From Octopus sinensis (lineage: Eukaryota), in assembly GCF_006345805.1 (NCBI RefSeq), contig NC_042997.1, positions 123,504,001 through 123,568,000 of the forward strand: a DNA stretch of 64,000 bases, in the 5' to 3' direction. Of the stretch, positions 25,304 to 39,372 are shown in pieces. The position numbers were made by a program, and so were the translations under genes. The stretch's first letter is position 1, and each line of letters begins with the position of its first letter. Under the pieces are notes generated by a model, which saw nothing but the letters and a program-made list of their open reading frames with translations, searched no databases and was not told the origin of the DNA.

Positions 25304-27299
25304 TCATTATTTTATACCTCATATTTTTTTCATTTTATTCATGAACTAGAAAAATTCTGTCAGAAATTTTTTATTGATTGTTCTATCCAGTGTTTTGTTT
25401 ATGGAGAGAATATCTGAGAATTATGTTGAGTGTATACACACATTTTCCAACACAGGTCACTAAATAAACTTTGATTGTTTCTACTTGCTCTGAACCGTCA
25501 GCAATATTAACAATCTCTTAATTTTCACTTACTTTCATTTTGACGTTTAAGAGTTGTTCTTCGGAAATTTATGTAAAATCGAATGTTCAGACAATGAATT
25601 ATGCCTGCCAAGATACTATTGTCCAAATTACAAATGTCATTTATCCAACCGATTCAACCTTTTTTTATTACATACTGACATGAATTAAACTGACGAACTG
25701 AAAGAAACATTCCTTGACTATTTCTCCAAACTTCATCTATCACATTGAGTATTATTTTATTTCAAATAATAATTTAATCAGTAAAACGTGAGTTTTACCC
25801 CTGTTATTAAAAATTTATATGAAATAACACCTTGTGTTGCGCTATAAAAGGATAATAAAAAGACAATAGCGTTTGATTTATATAAATGTAATTCTCTATG
25901 TCTATGTTAGAATGGCTCAAACCTCACTCGCTGAATGTTATGTTTGCTATTGGAAAATACTGGTTCAAAATCATAACATGTATTTCTATCACCATAGCAA
26001 AAATCGAGATATACTTAAACATACTTTTCTCTTAAAATATACATTTATCTTCATTTTAAACACATATTTTTCAAGAGAATCATTAAAATGCATATATGTT
26101 AGTCATAAAATACTCACGAATTGAGTATAATATAGAAATATGCTATTAAGCGGCGTTACTGTTTCTTAGTTGGTATACTCTATTACGTGTACGACCTGAA
26201 AATGCTAAATATATTGTTAGCACATATGGTCAACTGCAGGCATTGAATTAAATGCTAAAATTATGTTAGGTAAATGCTAAAATTGTGCCGTTTTTGTCAA
26301 ATTAATTGAAATATATTGCTCTACTTCTCTCTCTTTCTCTCCCCTCATATATATATATATATGTAACGACAGTGTGTGAGTATTTGTCAAAATAATTAAT
26401 CGTATAAATGAAATAACAAAGAGAATATGTGGTTCTAGCGTAAATTGTAGAAATTTATTATTTATCAAATCTTGTACGATAAATTTTGTGATTGTATTTC
26501 ATTACTCCGGTTCTCCAATTATGCTCACGGAAATAAACAGAAACTGGGAATAATTTATACATAATGAACAGGCAATGCAGCTGAAAATGAGTTTGAAGTA
26601 CGTTAAGAGAAAAATAAAATAATAGCAAAGGGAAAATGAAAATCAAGATATTTGAGGGTATAATAAGTGTAATGCGGAACAGATATTTTATTTAATGCAA
26701 ACAGATTCAGACAATACCTATTCTTGACTACAAACGTTTTCTAATGATGAAGAATATTTTTGTTAATAAAGTGATTTAATTAAAAGCAAATCTAAGAATG
26801 ATGCAAGTTACATTTAAGATGGTGTCATAAATCCCAATTCACCTCAAAACCAAAGCAATTTTGTTTGAATTAGCAAAGGATATTAGTAGTATTTCTTAGT
26901 CTTAAAATTATCAATGCGATTCCAGTATATAATTTTTGTGAGCGTTATCATTCATTTCTATATTTTACGCAACTTTTACGACAGTTTCCTTTCTCAAAGC
27001 ATTTAAAAGACTCGACAAAGTTATAAAAGCTTTCGTTAATGATAGTAAGATTGTTAGAAATGTGATTTTTAACGAGATGAGAAACACAGTGACAAATCTT
27101 TGCTCTAAAAATATGAACTTTTAGCAGATTTTATTATTAAATATTATATAAGATCTATGTTGACTGGTAAACTAAATTGAAATCGTATTAGGCTCTAATC
27201 ACACCTGGGGTTAGGCTACCAGTTGGATTGAAAAGTACTTCTCGATTTCCCAAAGTATTTCAGGACAATGGCTCTGCTTATTTAGTTTACTGTATTTAG

Positions 27300-27700
27300 T
27301 CAAAAGTTCTGCAACATTTTGGTAACAATATTACTGTATTCGTCAAATTACAACAGAAGTAGCCTAGCATTCAAACTAGAGGCCATCGTGTTGTACCGAC
27401 TGAAGTCACCATTCTGCTAGTTCATTGATACCGCGTTGATACCAGTTCTTGTCCTTCGAAGCGAAGAACTCCTTCACTAAATCTTCCACGTCTACTTACT
27501 TGATGAAGCGTCGTGAGTGTATGATGTGAGCCCTGAAACGGAATAGGTAAAAATCCGCAGCAGCTAGGTCTGCACCATACGCTGGGTGTAGCATCAGTTC
27601 GCTTCCATCAAGTTACAGATCGTTCGAGATGTATGAGGTTTGCGTTGTCTTTCTGCATAAGAGATCACTTTCTATTAATACCGGGTATTTCCAGCACAAT
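27300..27700 (-). mobile_element. Mariner transposase C-terminal remnant
   Basis: Minus-strand QKDNA..HPAYGADLAAADFYLFR..KEFFASKDKNWYQRGINELA. Boundaries approximate. Confidence 0.75.
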
Positions 27701-27824
27701 GGTATACATCCGCTCGAGACTTTTGGTCTACTCAAGGACATTCAAAACCTTTACTGAGATATATAATCTACATCTTCAGCGTCTATAATTTGCTGCTATA
27801 GAATATACATTCATTTGTATGGCA

Positions 27825-27917
<93 letters not shown>
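27825..27917. repeat. (TAA)n microsatellite without an adjacent R4 insert
   Basis: About 30 TAA units with one interruption. Confidence 0.95.
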
Positions 27918-29657
27918 TTAATTAATCGTTTTTATTACGGCTAATATTTTTTATTCCCCTCAGAGAAGGAAAACAAATTTGTCTTGAATAATAGGTTGTC
28001 TCAATGCAGTGATGCGATGAAGACTTATGTAAAAACGTATTCTTTTACAGTGATCACTCTCACTTTCGTTATGAGCTCAGGAAATATTATTTAGTTTCAT
28101 AAGACAATTTGCAATACTGAAAATATGAATGTATTTTCAATAATGATGAAGCAAATAATTATCCGTAATATTATCCCTGTTAATAATATCATTATTGTTT
28201 AACTATTGCGACATTCCTAAATATTTAATGGATTGAAAACACTTTTACTTTAGTATGAAAGACATTCGTAAAATCAATATTCATATCTACATGCATACTA
28301 AGTATATAATTGATGAAGTCAATGTTAATACAACGCATGAAACAACCCTGATTCGCGATCAGATGTTTAAATACAGTTCATGACTTCTCTAAGTGAGTAC
28401 GATTTACAAACATAGATATTTGATAAAATGCATACAAAATAAATAACACAGCTTAAATTGCATCGTGGAAAATGCAAAAAGACCAGATGTTAGTTTTCTT
28501 TGAATTTCACATGACATGCGCAGATATGCGTATAAATTTTAAAGGTGTGTTAAGCGCCAGCATAATTTACCCAACACATAACTCGAGACATTTTTTAATG
28601 TCATGGTCTTCTGTCCAACGATGTTTCCTTGGTTTTACACATGTAAGTAAAGTATCGTTAAGTAAATATTAATTCCATAAGGGATTTTCTGTTGCTAAAT
28701 TGTAATAGTTAGGTGAATATATTCTTAATGTATTCAATAAATGTCATTTCGAAATTAGATTTGGGGAGGGGAGAAACAGTTTCGAAACGAATAATTTTAA
28801 TCATAATTTTCGATACTTAATCGTATGCTGGAAGAAAAACGATGCCTTAAACCCATAAAACAGTACCAGCTAATATTGCACCACACTTATTTTAAATACA
28901 TTGTTTATGAATTTCTATCATGAAACCATATACAGATGATTTTAGTTAATCCCCTTCCTAATATCTCTAGGCTGATTTCAATTTTATTTGCCGAATAATG
29001 TGCCATAACATTTAAGCCAAATTAAGCCAAGTCAAACGGCTTCGTAGATACACAACGTTGATTTCAGCATAATTGTTTTTAATAATTATCTTTGAGAATG
29101 CCAATGCAAAACGGAGTAAAAGCCAATTCACTATCACACACCAATATTTCGATGCAAATTCGAGGTGAAAAATACACAATCTTAAACATCCAACATTCAG
29201 TCCTTTTATCCATTCCAACTGAAAATCGAAGGGGCTATAGATGGATGAAGAGGGTGAGGTAGAAGCAACGTACTGCTACTCATCTTCAACTAAATATATT
29301 AGAGCAAATTTAGAAGACGAAACTGCCTCAAGAGCAGCTTAAGATGAAGAGCACTTCATCCTGAATAGTAAGTAATCCGCTTCTTTTCTTTTGAGCCCCG
29401 ATCCATTGTAACTGCTCTCCATTTAGGTAATTTTCCCCGCCAAAACAGTCAGCATATCTCTAATGTATCCATTCTTCTTACAGCTGGAAACGTGTAGATG
29501 TTCAGCATTACATAAATCTCAGTCTCACCAATCTCGCTGGATATGTGAATGTTAGAACATAGCATTTTACTCTTCACTATACTATTGCAAATTCAACACA
29601 TATTTAATCTTAGATTAAGCTACCACGCCACGCTTGACTTCAAAATTCATCCACATT

Positions 29658-29870
29658 AAGGCGGCGAGTTCACAAAGTCGTTCCTACGCAGGCCAAAATG
29701 CTGCGGGGAATTTCTCCCGTCGTTGCGTTTTGAGTTCGAATTCTGCCGAGGTCCAATTTGCCTTTCATGATGTTAGTGTTGATAAAAGAAGTAACAGTTT
29801 AGCAGTGGGGTAAATATAATCGAATTAATCCCTTCCCCAAAACTGTTGACCCTGAGCCAGAATTTTATAT
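29658..29870 (+). mobile_element. Degenerate SINE family A
   Basis: AAGGCGGCGAG..TGAGTTCGAATTCTGCCGAGGTC..TTTGCCTTTCAT. Confidence 0.7.
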
Positions 29871-30811
29871 CAATATTCTCGCATGCTTGAATATGTATAT
29901 AAAACTGTTTTTAAACGGTGTATCAAGTTTCATTATAGGAGCAATGATTTGTAACAATCCTACAATATCTATATTTCTGATTTGGATACAACGCATTCTT
30001 ATTGAAATTTAACAAATTGCGTAGCACTTACACTTAAATGAAATTGCATTTTGCATTCGAGATATCTGTACAGTTACTTACGTCTTAACAATCTATCATA
30101 CGGTACACTCTCTCCATAACCAGTGCAAGGGAAACGACTGATTTCTAAATAGCTATCGCACTGTGAGGCGTACGACCGTTGTGTACTAGAGTACAAGTGA
30201 TCAAATATTGACCTTGCTTTCAAAATGGTAACAGCCATTAGAGATTCATAATGAATGAACGTATCACAATATTTGTTGAAGTGAAGTATAACCTAATTAT
30301 AATTCGAAATCTACAGTGCAAAGGATTCTTAGAATTATTATTCCAATGCATCAAGTCTTAGCAAAGAATCAAAGTAGGAATCTATTGATTTTTGTGGCAT
30401 TAGTCGGTTAGTATTGTGTAGCAGCTTGGAATGCAAGATTTTGTATATACAACAGAGGAAATATTTGGCAATAATACACAAATAGAAGCAAATGTGTATC
30501 GATTAGGAATATTGTCTGTACTATCATTTACAAATATATATATATGTATATATGTGTCTGTATGTCTATGTGTGTGTAAAAGCATACAACATATACAAAC
30601 TAAAATAGGAACGTCAAGGTTCCGAAGTCAAAAGTACTGCATACATATACCTACAACACACAAACATACCTGCATGCATATATATATCTACGTGCGTCAG
30701 TACGTACGTCTGTGAAAATGCATGTATAAACCTGCGTTATCACACATGCATTAAATGTGTATACAGACATACATACCTATATATGTATATATATATATGT
30801 GTGTGTGTGTG

Positions 30812-31147
30812 AAGGCTCATGGCTCATTGGTAAGAGCATCGATCTTGCGATCGTGAGGTTGTGAGTTCGATTCCCGGACAGGGCTGCATGTTATGTTCTT
30901 GTGCAAGACACTTTAATATCACGTTGCTCCAATTCACTCCGCTGTAGAAATGAGTTGCGACATCACTGGTGCCAAGCTGTATTGGCCTTTGCCTTTCCCT
31001 TGGATAACATCAATGGTGTGGAGATTGGAGGATGGTATGCATGGGCGACTGCTGGCCTTCCATAAACAACTTTACACGGATTGTGCCTGGGAGGGTAACT
31101 TTCTAGGTGCAATCCCATGGTCATTCATGACCGAAGTGGGGGTCTCC

Positions 31148-31148
<1 letters not shown>
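30812..31148 (+). mobile_element. tRNA-derived SINE (family C)
   Basis: A box TGGCTCATTGG and B box GTTCGATTCC; GC-richer body; (TG)n on the left and (TA)n(TG)n on the right. Decayed relatives at ~32263-32440 (+) and ~58510-58660 (-). Confidence 0.8.
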
Positions 31149-31230
<82 letters not shown>

Positions 31231-33736
31231 GTGTGTGTGTGTGTGCGTGTGTATGTGTGTTCGTGATGTGTGTGTATGTAGTCATGTTCAGAAAAATACT
31301 TCATAGCGACATCCACAAATATTTTAGCACATTTCCTACACGATTGTTTCAAGACTAGAGATACAACGGAAGGCCCAAATCTCAGTAGTTAATTGCTAAG
31401 ATTATGCTTTTTTGCTGAATAATTATTTGCAATATTTCCGTTTGAAGGTACATCCATGATTTCAAAGTTCTCCCTGCAGGACATACTAGTTTTCCTGACT
31501 GTCCAGATGCTGGATCTTACACTAAAATGTTCAATCCCCAGGAAAATACACTCGCAATTAGTATAAATGTCTTCAGAGGCACATTATATATAATATCTAT
31601 GCCTATAGTATAGGTTTACATAAACAGTTTTGCATTGCTTCACGTAAAATCAGAATGATAAGACGCTATTCTGGAGAACACCATCCTGTAACATCCATTT
31701 GTTTCGGATCTTTTTCTATTCTTATCAGGGGCGTATCCATCAGTTTGACTAATCGAAGGGAAACAACTAGCCTACAGAAAACTGGAGCTACTAATTTGCA
31801 TGCCGTAAATCTTTACACAACAGGGATCTATGTCCACACAGAATCATGGTATGATATAATTCCCATCGTCACACAGCTTTGTAAGGAAAGGTGTTATGTA
31901 CCTGGTGTCTATAGACTAATGTAGTTCTGTGTCTATGATGTTGATTAACTTTTATGTTTTAGAATTTTTGTGTGTGATTAGTACGCACATATTACCGGTC
32001 GGTTTAACTTTCTCTTTTTTCTATTGGTACTTTTAGTAACGTTGGCTCTGTTGAATGTATTTGTAGCGGGCGTTGAGTTGTTATAATCTCAAATTTCAGC
32101 TATGCTAGATAATTGCCAGTGTGTGACAAACTGAGAAAAACAGAATTAGATACAGAGAATCCATTATGTTGAACAACTTGTATAAGATTCATTGCTGAGA
32201 TTGAATGTTTTTTTTTTTTACAATGATTTTTTATTGCTGTATACGATTATTGTGGAGGCGCTTTGCTTAATGATTAGGGTCTTGCATACCCAATCATAAG
32301 ATTGTGCTTTCGATACCTGGACCAAATGACGCCTTGTATCCTAAGCAAAACAGTTTATTCCTGCTGCTCCACTCCCCTTAGCTGGCAAAAATGACTAGTT
32401 CTCCGACGTACTAGCGCACAGTCCGAAGGTAGGCGGGATATATACACTGCAACTTGAAACCCGGGAAATTGGCCTCATGAACCTATGTCTTTGGAGTAGC
32501 GTTCGATCATTTCAACTCTTATTGCAATTTCATATAAAACCTAACGTAATAGAAAATCAATCAGCAAAATTCTAGAGAGAAATGTAAGTTAGACATGGTC
32601 TGGTGTATGCTTATTAAAATAGGAATGGATATTATTATAAAGCGGTGCATATTATTGTCAATTCTATCAGAAAAACAATTGACTTGAAATGAACGAATCT
32701 TCTGATATGTCGAGAATATTTATCCAATTCAACTGGTGGACATACGGTTTTGTTGAATAGAACGCGTCTCCGTGTTTATGCAACTTTGAGCGCTGTAACT
32801 ATAAACACTGTCGAGGTCCTACCTGTTTCTCTTTCACCTCTGTGGTCAACAAGAAAATTTCCGATCTTTTTGGTGGATTGATGAACTTGTAAGGACATCT
32901 TGTGGAATTTGTTACGGCAGTTTTCATTCTGAGTTCAAATAGCTTCCCGGCTTTCTTGGATGTTACTCTTGGTTAATTAATCCATAGACTACTGAATTTC
33001 ATAGATGGCACATAATGTCACTTCGCATGAGATCACTCTCTTCCACACGCTCATTCCAAATATAGAGTGTGAGGATACATACATTCCAACAATCCTATAG
33101 ATCCTGCAATGAATCATAAGCCCTCCCATCTGACATGACTTAGAAATTAGAAAATATTCTATCGTTATATGATCATTTTACGCCCCTATTTATAAATAGG
33201 GACGTAATACTATAGGGATTTATACTATTTATAAATATTGCAACGTCCATATTTATACTAAACAGGGACGTTGAAATATAAGCTAAAACAATTTTAAATA
33301 AATGTATGTCTATTTTATCTTTACTTGTATTTGTTTTAGATACTGGATTTCAGCAATAACTGAATATAAATTTGGAAGATTTACACGAATATTCCATCCA
33401 TAGTACTTATTATAAATTTAGAAGATATTCTACTGGTACCTTTTCGCCGAACCTCTTATGTAACGGACATGAGCAGAAAAAGCGCCGGGAGTCAGGAAGT
33501 GACACTAAAGCACATATACGCACTCATTCTCATGTATCAACTCATTGTCAATGTATGTATGCAGATAATTTTTCAGTTTTATTTCAAAATCTTTTGCCAA
33601 TAGAGAAAGAGCGGGTTTCTAAACTCGATTGAAGCACTTTCAGTAGAATTTCAACATCAACAACAGGGTATTTTTGTATGTATGTACGCATGTATGTGAG
33701 TTAGTATGTACAGATTTGTATGTTGTATGTATGTAT

Positions 33737-34733
33737 TCTCATGCATATATTTGCATATCTAGGCATGCTCCTATATATTTAAATGATAAACTTCTGGAAA
33801 GTTTTTTTTGAGTTTTACAGTTCCAGTGATGGATTGGATCTGTAGTCATCGAATAAGCTTTTACCCCATCTGGTTTTGAGAAGCAGATAGCTAGTGTGTT
33901 AAATATTCTAGTTCCCCAATAATTACAGGTATAAACCAGAACTTGCATTCTAGATAGAGTAACTGCAGGTTTATCAATATCTCAGCGTAGGTGTTTTCTT
34001 TCCCACAGATATTCAGCTCTATGTTAACATATGCGGGGCAGTTAATTTCCACAACTATACAGAGTTTCTCTTCTGTATCCCAAATCATTATATCAGATCT
34101 GTTGTGCTTACATTTTATTGAAGTCTTCATTGTGACATTCTACCAGTACTCATTTTTTATGAGTGTTTATGGCTTCTACTATACTACAGGTTGTTATTTC
34201 TTTGTCCTTGGGGTTACCTTTCCCATTGATTTCATTACAGAGTGTCCTAGCTACAACATCCTGTTCATCGGTAGATAATACTATGAACTCTCTTTCAGAC
34301 AACTTCTTATCATGTGGGTGGTATCTTCAGTGTTGACTCCACAAAGTAGGCATTGGTTGTCACATTTTACTGCTTTTCCTGCATCTCTATCCCTTACCCT
34401 TCAAAGTGGGAGGTTGTAATCTGGCTGTTGGTCCATGATAGATTGCCTCGAAGATTAATATTTCTATCATCTCGGGGTTTCCTACTAACATAGCCATGCA
34501 TAGCCTTCTGCGCATATAGTCTCATCCTTTCATCTGATTATTCTATGCGGTGGAGTTGTGCGACTTCTTTGGACATGTATTCTAGGTTTACAGACAAAGT
34601 ATGTTGCTCAAGGAGCTGCCTTCCAAGTTCTGTGATGTTATAAGCCTCATGTATGCAAACTTGATCAAGGGTTACATTTCGACACATTCTGATTAAAAGA
34701 TGTTGCCGAAGGGATATGATACGACATTCAAAT
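33737..34733 (-). mobile_element. Decayed RLE-type (R4-like) element family D, 3' portion, flanked by (ATAC)n
   Basis: Minus strand: FECRIISLRQHL.., AMHGYVSR..SHFEG, CLLCGVNTEDTTHMIRSC, RSDIMIWD..VVEINCPA..FIPVIIG, LQIQSITGTVK. A short 3' UTR leads into degenerate ATAC repeats at 33672-33736; the 5' flank is (TATG)n at 34735-34850. Confidence 0.78.
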
Positions 34734-35699
34734 AATGCATGTATGCATGTATGTATGTATGTATGTATGTATGTATGTATGTATGTATGTATGTATGTAT
34801 GTATGTATGTATGTATTTATTTATGTATGTATGTATTTATCTATGTATGTATGTGTATTGATGTTTGCATGCATTTATATATGCATGTTTGCCTACATGG
34901 AAGTGTTATGCACATTTTCTGTCTGACAGTTCAACGATTCTCTCAAAATTCAATGATTGACTCGAGATTATGTTTGAAGACATTATTTCCAGGTTCTGTA
35001 CAATGGGATTCAACTGAGTTCCATGTTGTTGTGAAGCGATTTCTAACAAGATAGCAACTAAAATTAAGATCCCTCTGTCCAGGTTTCATTGTGCATCCTG
35101 TATTAGAGGCTTTATGTAATCAAACTACAATGACTTTGCTATATGCGTGGTGCAATGAATGTCTTTTCTAAACATTTGCCATGAACAAAAATACCCCGCC
35201 TGCTACTACTGGTGGATAATTGAAACGTACAAAATTGACCGTGGAACAAAATCCGGAAATATGGCATGGATATTATAAACCTACACGATAAGAAACAAAT
35301 ATTTGCGTGCACAAAGGAAATGTTATGGAGAAGAGACATGTAAGGTGTGAAATAAAATACGTGTCGAAAGAATATTGTTGCAACATACGGAGATTGTAAA
35401 GACTTTAAAAATATCGCATAAACAGAAATAGAACTAGAGTTCATACACAACGTAAACACTGAGAATATAATAAGCCATACGATTACACAAAAATGTCCGG
35501 GCACAAAGAATCCACCAGTACACAACTAATTAGTCCGTAAATCATAATGGAAAATCTACAGAGAATATCACATTTGGAAAAAGTATGGCGTTACAACAAA
35601 ACAAAAAAACATAATTCCAGAACTATAATGAAATGCACACTAGTATCCACGGAAACAACCAATTGTGCCACAACAAAGTTATAGCCTCGGCCCAACACT

Positions 35700-36360
35700 T
35701 AACAATATATAGAAAAACAACACTAATAACAAAAGATTAACCACGCCTACAATGGAGCATATCTATCAGAAACAATGGTGAAAACACAAGAAGTGACCAA
35801 AACAAAATCATTAATATCGATCAAGCAAAATACCTCCCCGAACTATAAATACACAAATATCGCCATGAAAGTAGCTAAATGCAGCTTTGCTCAACAAGAA
35901 ATTATTTCCACTGAAACAAACCCGAATATAAAGAAATTACCTAATATATTCCGTTGCCATGGATATATCGCAGAACACTGACCATGATCATAATAGAGTA
36001 CGAATCTCTCTAGCCAACTCTGCCATAAATACATTGGGAAGATTATATACTACATAAAACTAGAATGCAATGCAATTCGTATCCTTACTTATTGAATTAG
36101 AAAAGGAGAGGTCTAATACGACAAATGAGAACACAATGCAATATAATAAAATATAACGTTGGTAAACGTCTGTATATTCTGGGAATTAAAGGGAAAATTT
36201 AAGCCAATAATAGTTGCAGTAAAAGGCATGTCAAAAAAGCGTCATATCTTCCTTTACGTGAACAAGGTATTAGATACATGATACCAAAATAGCTTGTATA
36301 ATCAGAGACTGAAAACACTAGATGCCAGAACAATGTATTGAAAAACGGTTCTTTATATTA
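35700..36360 (+). mobile_element. Possible very decayed R4-like 3' region
   Basis: Weak motif echoes in order: FAQQEIIST, RCHG..EH, PIIVAVKGM. Many stops; boundaries uncertain. Confidence 0.35.
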
Positions 36361-37366
36361 TTATTATTATTTGTTTTGTTTTGTGAGAAATATTACAATA
36401 ATACAAAATATTGAGTATACGAATTAGAATACTCCTACGGAACTCTGCATTGGAAGGCCGAGGAATAGATAAATAAGCTCAAACACAACGTGAAAGCCAC
36501 TGATGCAGTAAATATTGTGAATAGAACTGATAAAAATACTTAAAGATTTCTGGCTAAAGTATTTCAACCATAATTCAAAGAACTAGGTCAACATCAATCA
36601 ACGGACTTGTAAATATAACTGAATCAGCAGATTCTTCCTACTAATAGTGAAGAAAGCCCATCGCAGTACACTCAATAAAATTAACAGCGTATTCTAAATC
36701 TTATTTACTAACTGGAGAAAAACACTTTTCAAACATATACGCGCGCTGTGCGTACGCATTCGCACTTACATACACACATACTTGCATACATACATGTATG
36801 TATGCGCGCGTGAATGCGTATAGATAGAGAGAAAGAGAGAAATAGATTAAGGAAGATACAATATAGATATAGATATATTGATAAATGGGTTTTGATAGGT
36901 ACTTTGAGAAATCTCGAATAAGAAATCACTTCTTTATCTTCTTACACCTTGGTCAAATATTATTATAATTGTCTCGATGTTCAACTAGATAGAATGAAAA
37001 TACGGACACCGTAAAGTAGGCTGAGAAGTAACATTAAAAATAATAATATTAATAATGAGATGCTTTGAAATATTAAAATTCTAGTCTCAACTTTTAATTG
37101 ACATTGGTGTTAACACAAAATCAATAAAATTAGAATATTTCCTTATAATAATATAGTAAAATGTAGAAGTATTTTCATTATTATCATTATTATTTACATC
37201 ACTATTATAAACCTCTCTATTGTACCATTTATTCTAATATATCCTACCTCAATCCACAGTATATAATATAATGGAAAAGTCCTCTCCATAAACATTTCAG
37301 GCTTTGTGCATGTAATGGAATGAATTATAATTATTAAATCTAATTTTATATTATTATATTAGTAAA

Positions 37367-37680
37367 GCGGCAAGGAGGTAAAACCATTAGCATGCCGGAC
37401 AAAATAATTAGCGGCATTTCTATCCGCCTTACCTTGTGTTTTGTTTATGTCGGTGAGGTCAATTTTGTCATTCATCCTCTTGGGTTCAATAAAAGAAGCA
37501 ACAGTTGACAGCATAGGCGTAGAAGTTGATGTGTGGTAAATAGCTTTCTTATCAACAACATGGTTCTGGGTTCTGTCCCACTGCGTGTCATCTTGGGCAA
37601 GTGTCTTCTACTAGAGCCTTGGGTCGACCAAAGTTTTGTAAGTGTATTTGGTAGACGGAAACTGAAAGAAGCACGTAGTA

Positions 37681-37766
<86 letters not shown>

Positions 37767-37920
37767 ATGTATCTGTGTTTGTCACCCCGTAAGTTAGCGT
37801 TTCTGCAAAAGAGACCGATAGAATAAGCACTCGGCTTACAAAGAGTAAGTCCTGGGGTCGATTTGCTCGACTAAAGACGGTGCTCCAGCATGGCCATAGT
37901 CACATGACTGAAACAATAAA
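37367..37920 (+). mobile_element. Adjacent SINEs: decayed family A (37367-37510) followed by family B (37529-37920) with internal (TA)n(TG)n
   Basis: Family B head GATGTGTGGTAAATAGCTT..GGTTCTGTCCCACTGCGTG..GGCAAGTGTCTTCTACTA and tail AAGTCCTGGGGTCGATTTGCTCGACTAAAG..GACTGAAAC. Confidence 0.8.
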
Positions 37921-39179
37921 GGGTAACTGAGGTCGATGCAATCGACTTGCACCTTACCTCAAAACTACTGGTTTTCTACTAACATCTGAGACGGTTACTT
38001 ATGTCTATTTATTTGATAGTGTTGGTTTTTTGTGACTTGGCTATATGTAGACACTATTACGAAAAGGTTCGTCACAATTTTACCGTCTTCGTTCATGGCT
38101 ACTCTATGTGAAGTGTGTATGTGTTGAGCAAATTTCTTGAATTTCTTCTTCGTGTGTTGTTTTCTTTTTCTTTGGCAAATTTGTTTTATGAAATGGATTC
38201 CCTGTTCAAAACACAGGCTAGGATGTAAGTTCAAGCTCGAAAAACAGATACATCTGTGAAGATAATCAGCAGGAAACAACTCTCCACAAAAGACATCAAA
38301 AATTGTTTTTCATATATCACATATCTGAAAGTTTTGAAGAGTGTATCGTAACTTTTTGCGATCTCAGTACTTGTGGGACATTTCCTTGCATCGGTCACAA
38401 AAATAATAATGGCAAACCTGACTGTCGAGTGATTTCAACTCAGCAGAACAAAAACCAGAACAATACGAAAAAAAACAGAAAGAAAAAAAAACGCAGGGCA
38501 TTTTCTCCACTACCGTAACAACACTGCAAATTCTGATGATGATAATAATAATACAAATGGTGTGAAAATTTCGGAGAAGATAACTGCTAATCATTTTATT
38601 AGCGAAAAATTATTTTATCGACTTTGAATGGGAGATAGCCGAATTCGACCTCGACCGCATTAGAATTCTGGCAAAATTAGCAGAAGGAAATACCTCCAAG
38701 CATTGTAGCCAGAGATTACGATAAATAAATAGCTTCAATTTCAGACCTAAATCCTGCAATTTTATCGGGAAGAGTAGGGTTCGATACGATCAAGTAAGCA
38801 CTAGACATTTACTTTAATTTATCAATCTCGGAGAGATATAAAGCAAAGTTGATCTGTGTGAAATTCGAACTGAAAAATTTTAAGAGACAGAAGTAATACC
38901 GCTAATAACAATAATGAAAATAATAATCAGTTTTGTTTATATTAACCCCCTTTTAACACAGGTTAACCTAGTCGAAATTTTGAAGAGAGTTAGATAAATA
39001 GGGATAACAAACATACGGAAGCGTCCAGAGAACGTTTATTGCAGTAAATAAACCAAGTGAAATGGTTAAATAAGAACAACCAGCAATATTTTGTGTCCAG
39101 TTAATCTTTATTGTAGTAAATAAACCAAATACACTTGTCCTCAAACGAGGACAGTGGATTAATATTAGTTAGAAGTTCT

Positions 39180-39372
39180 ATGGCGGCGAACTGAAAGGAA
39201 CTTTAGCACGCCTGTCTTTACGTTCTGAGTTCAAATTCCGCTGAGGTCGACGTTGCCGTTCATCCTTTTGAGGGTCGATAAATTAATTACCAGATGCGTA
39301 CTGGGGTCGGTCTAATCGACTGGCCTCTTCCCCCAAAATTTTGGGCCTTGTGCCTAGAGTAGAAAAGAATAT
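39180..39372 (+). mobile_element. SINE family A with intact 3' end (empty-site reference for the mariner insertion)
   Basis: Ends GGGCCTTGTGCCTAGAGTAGAAAAGAATATT. Confidence 0.85.
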
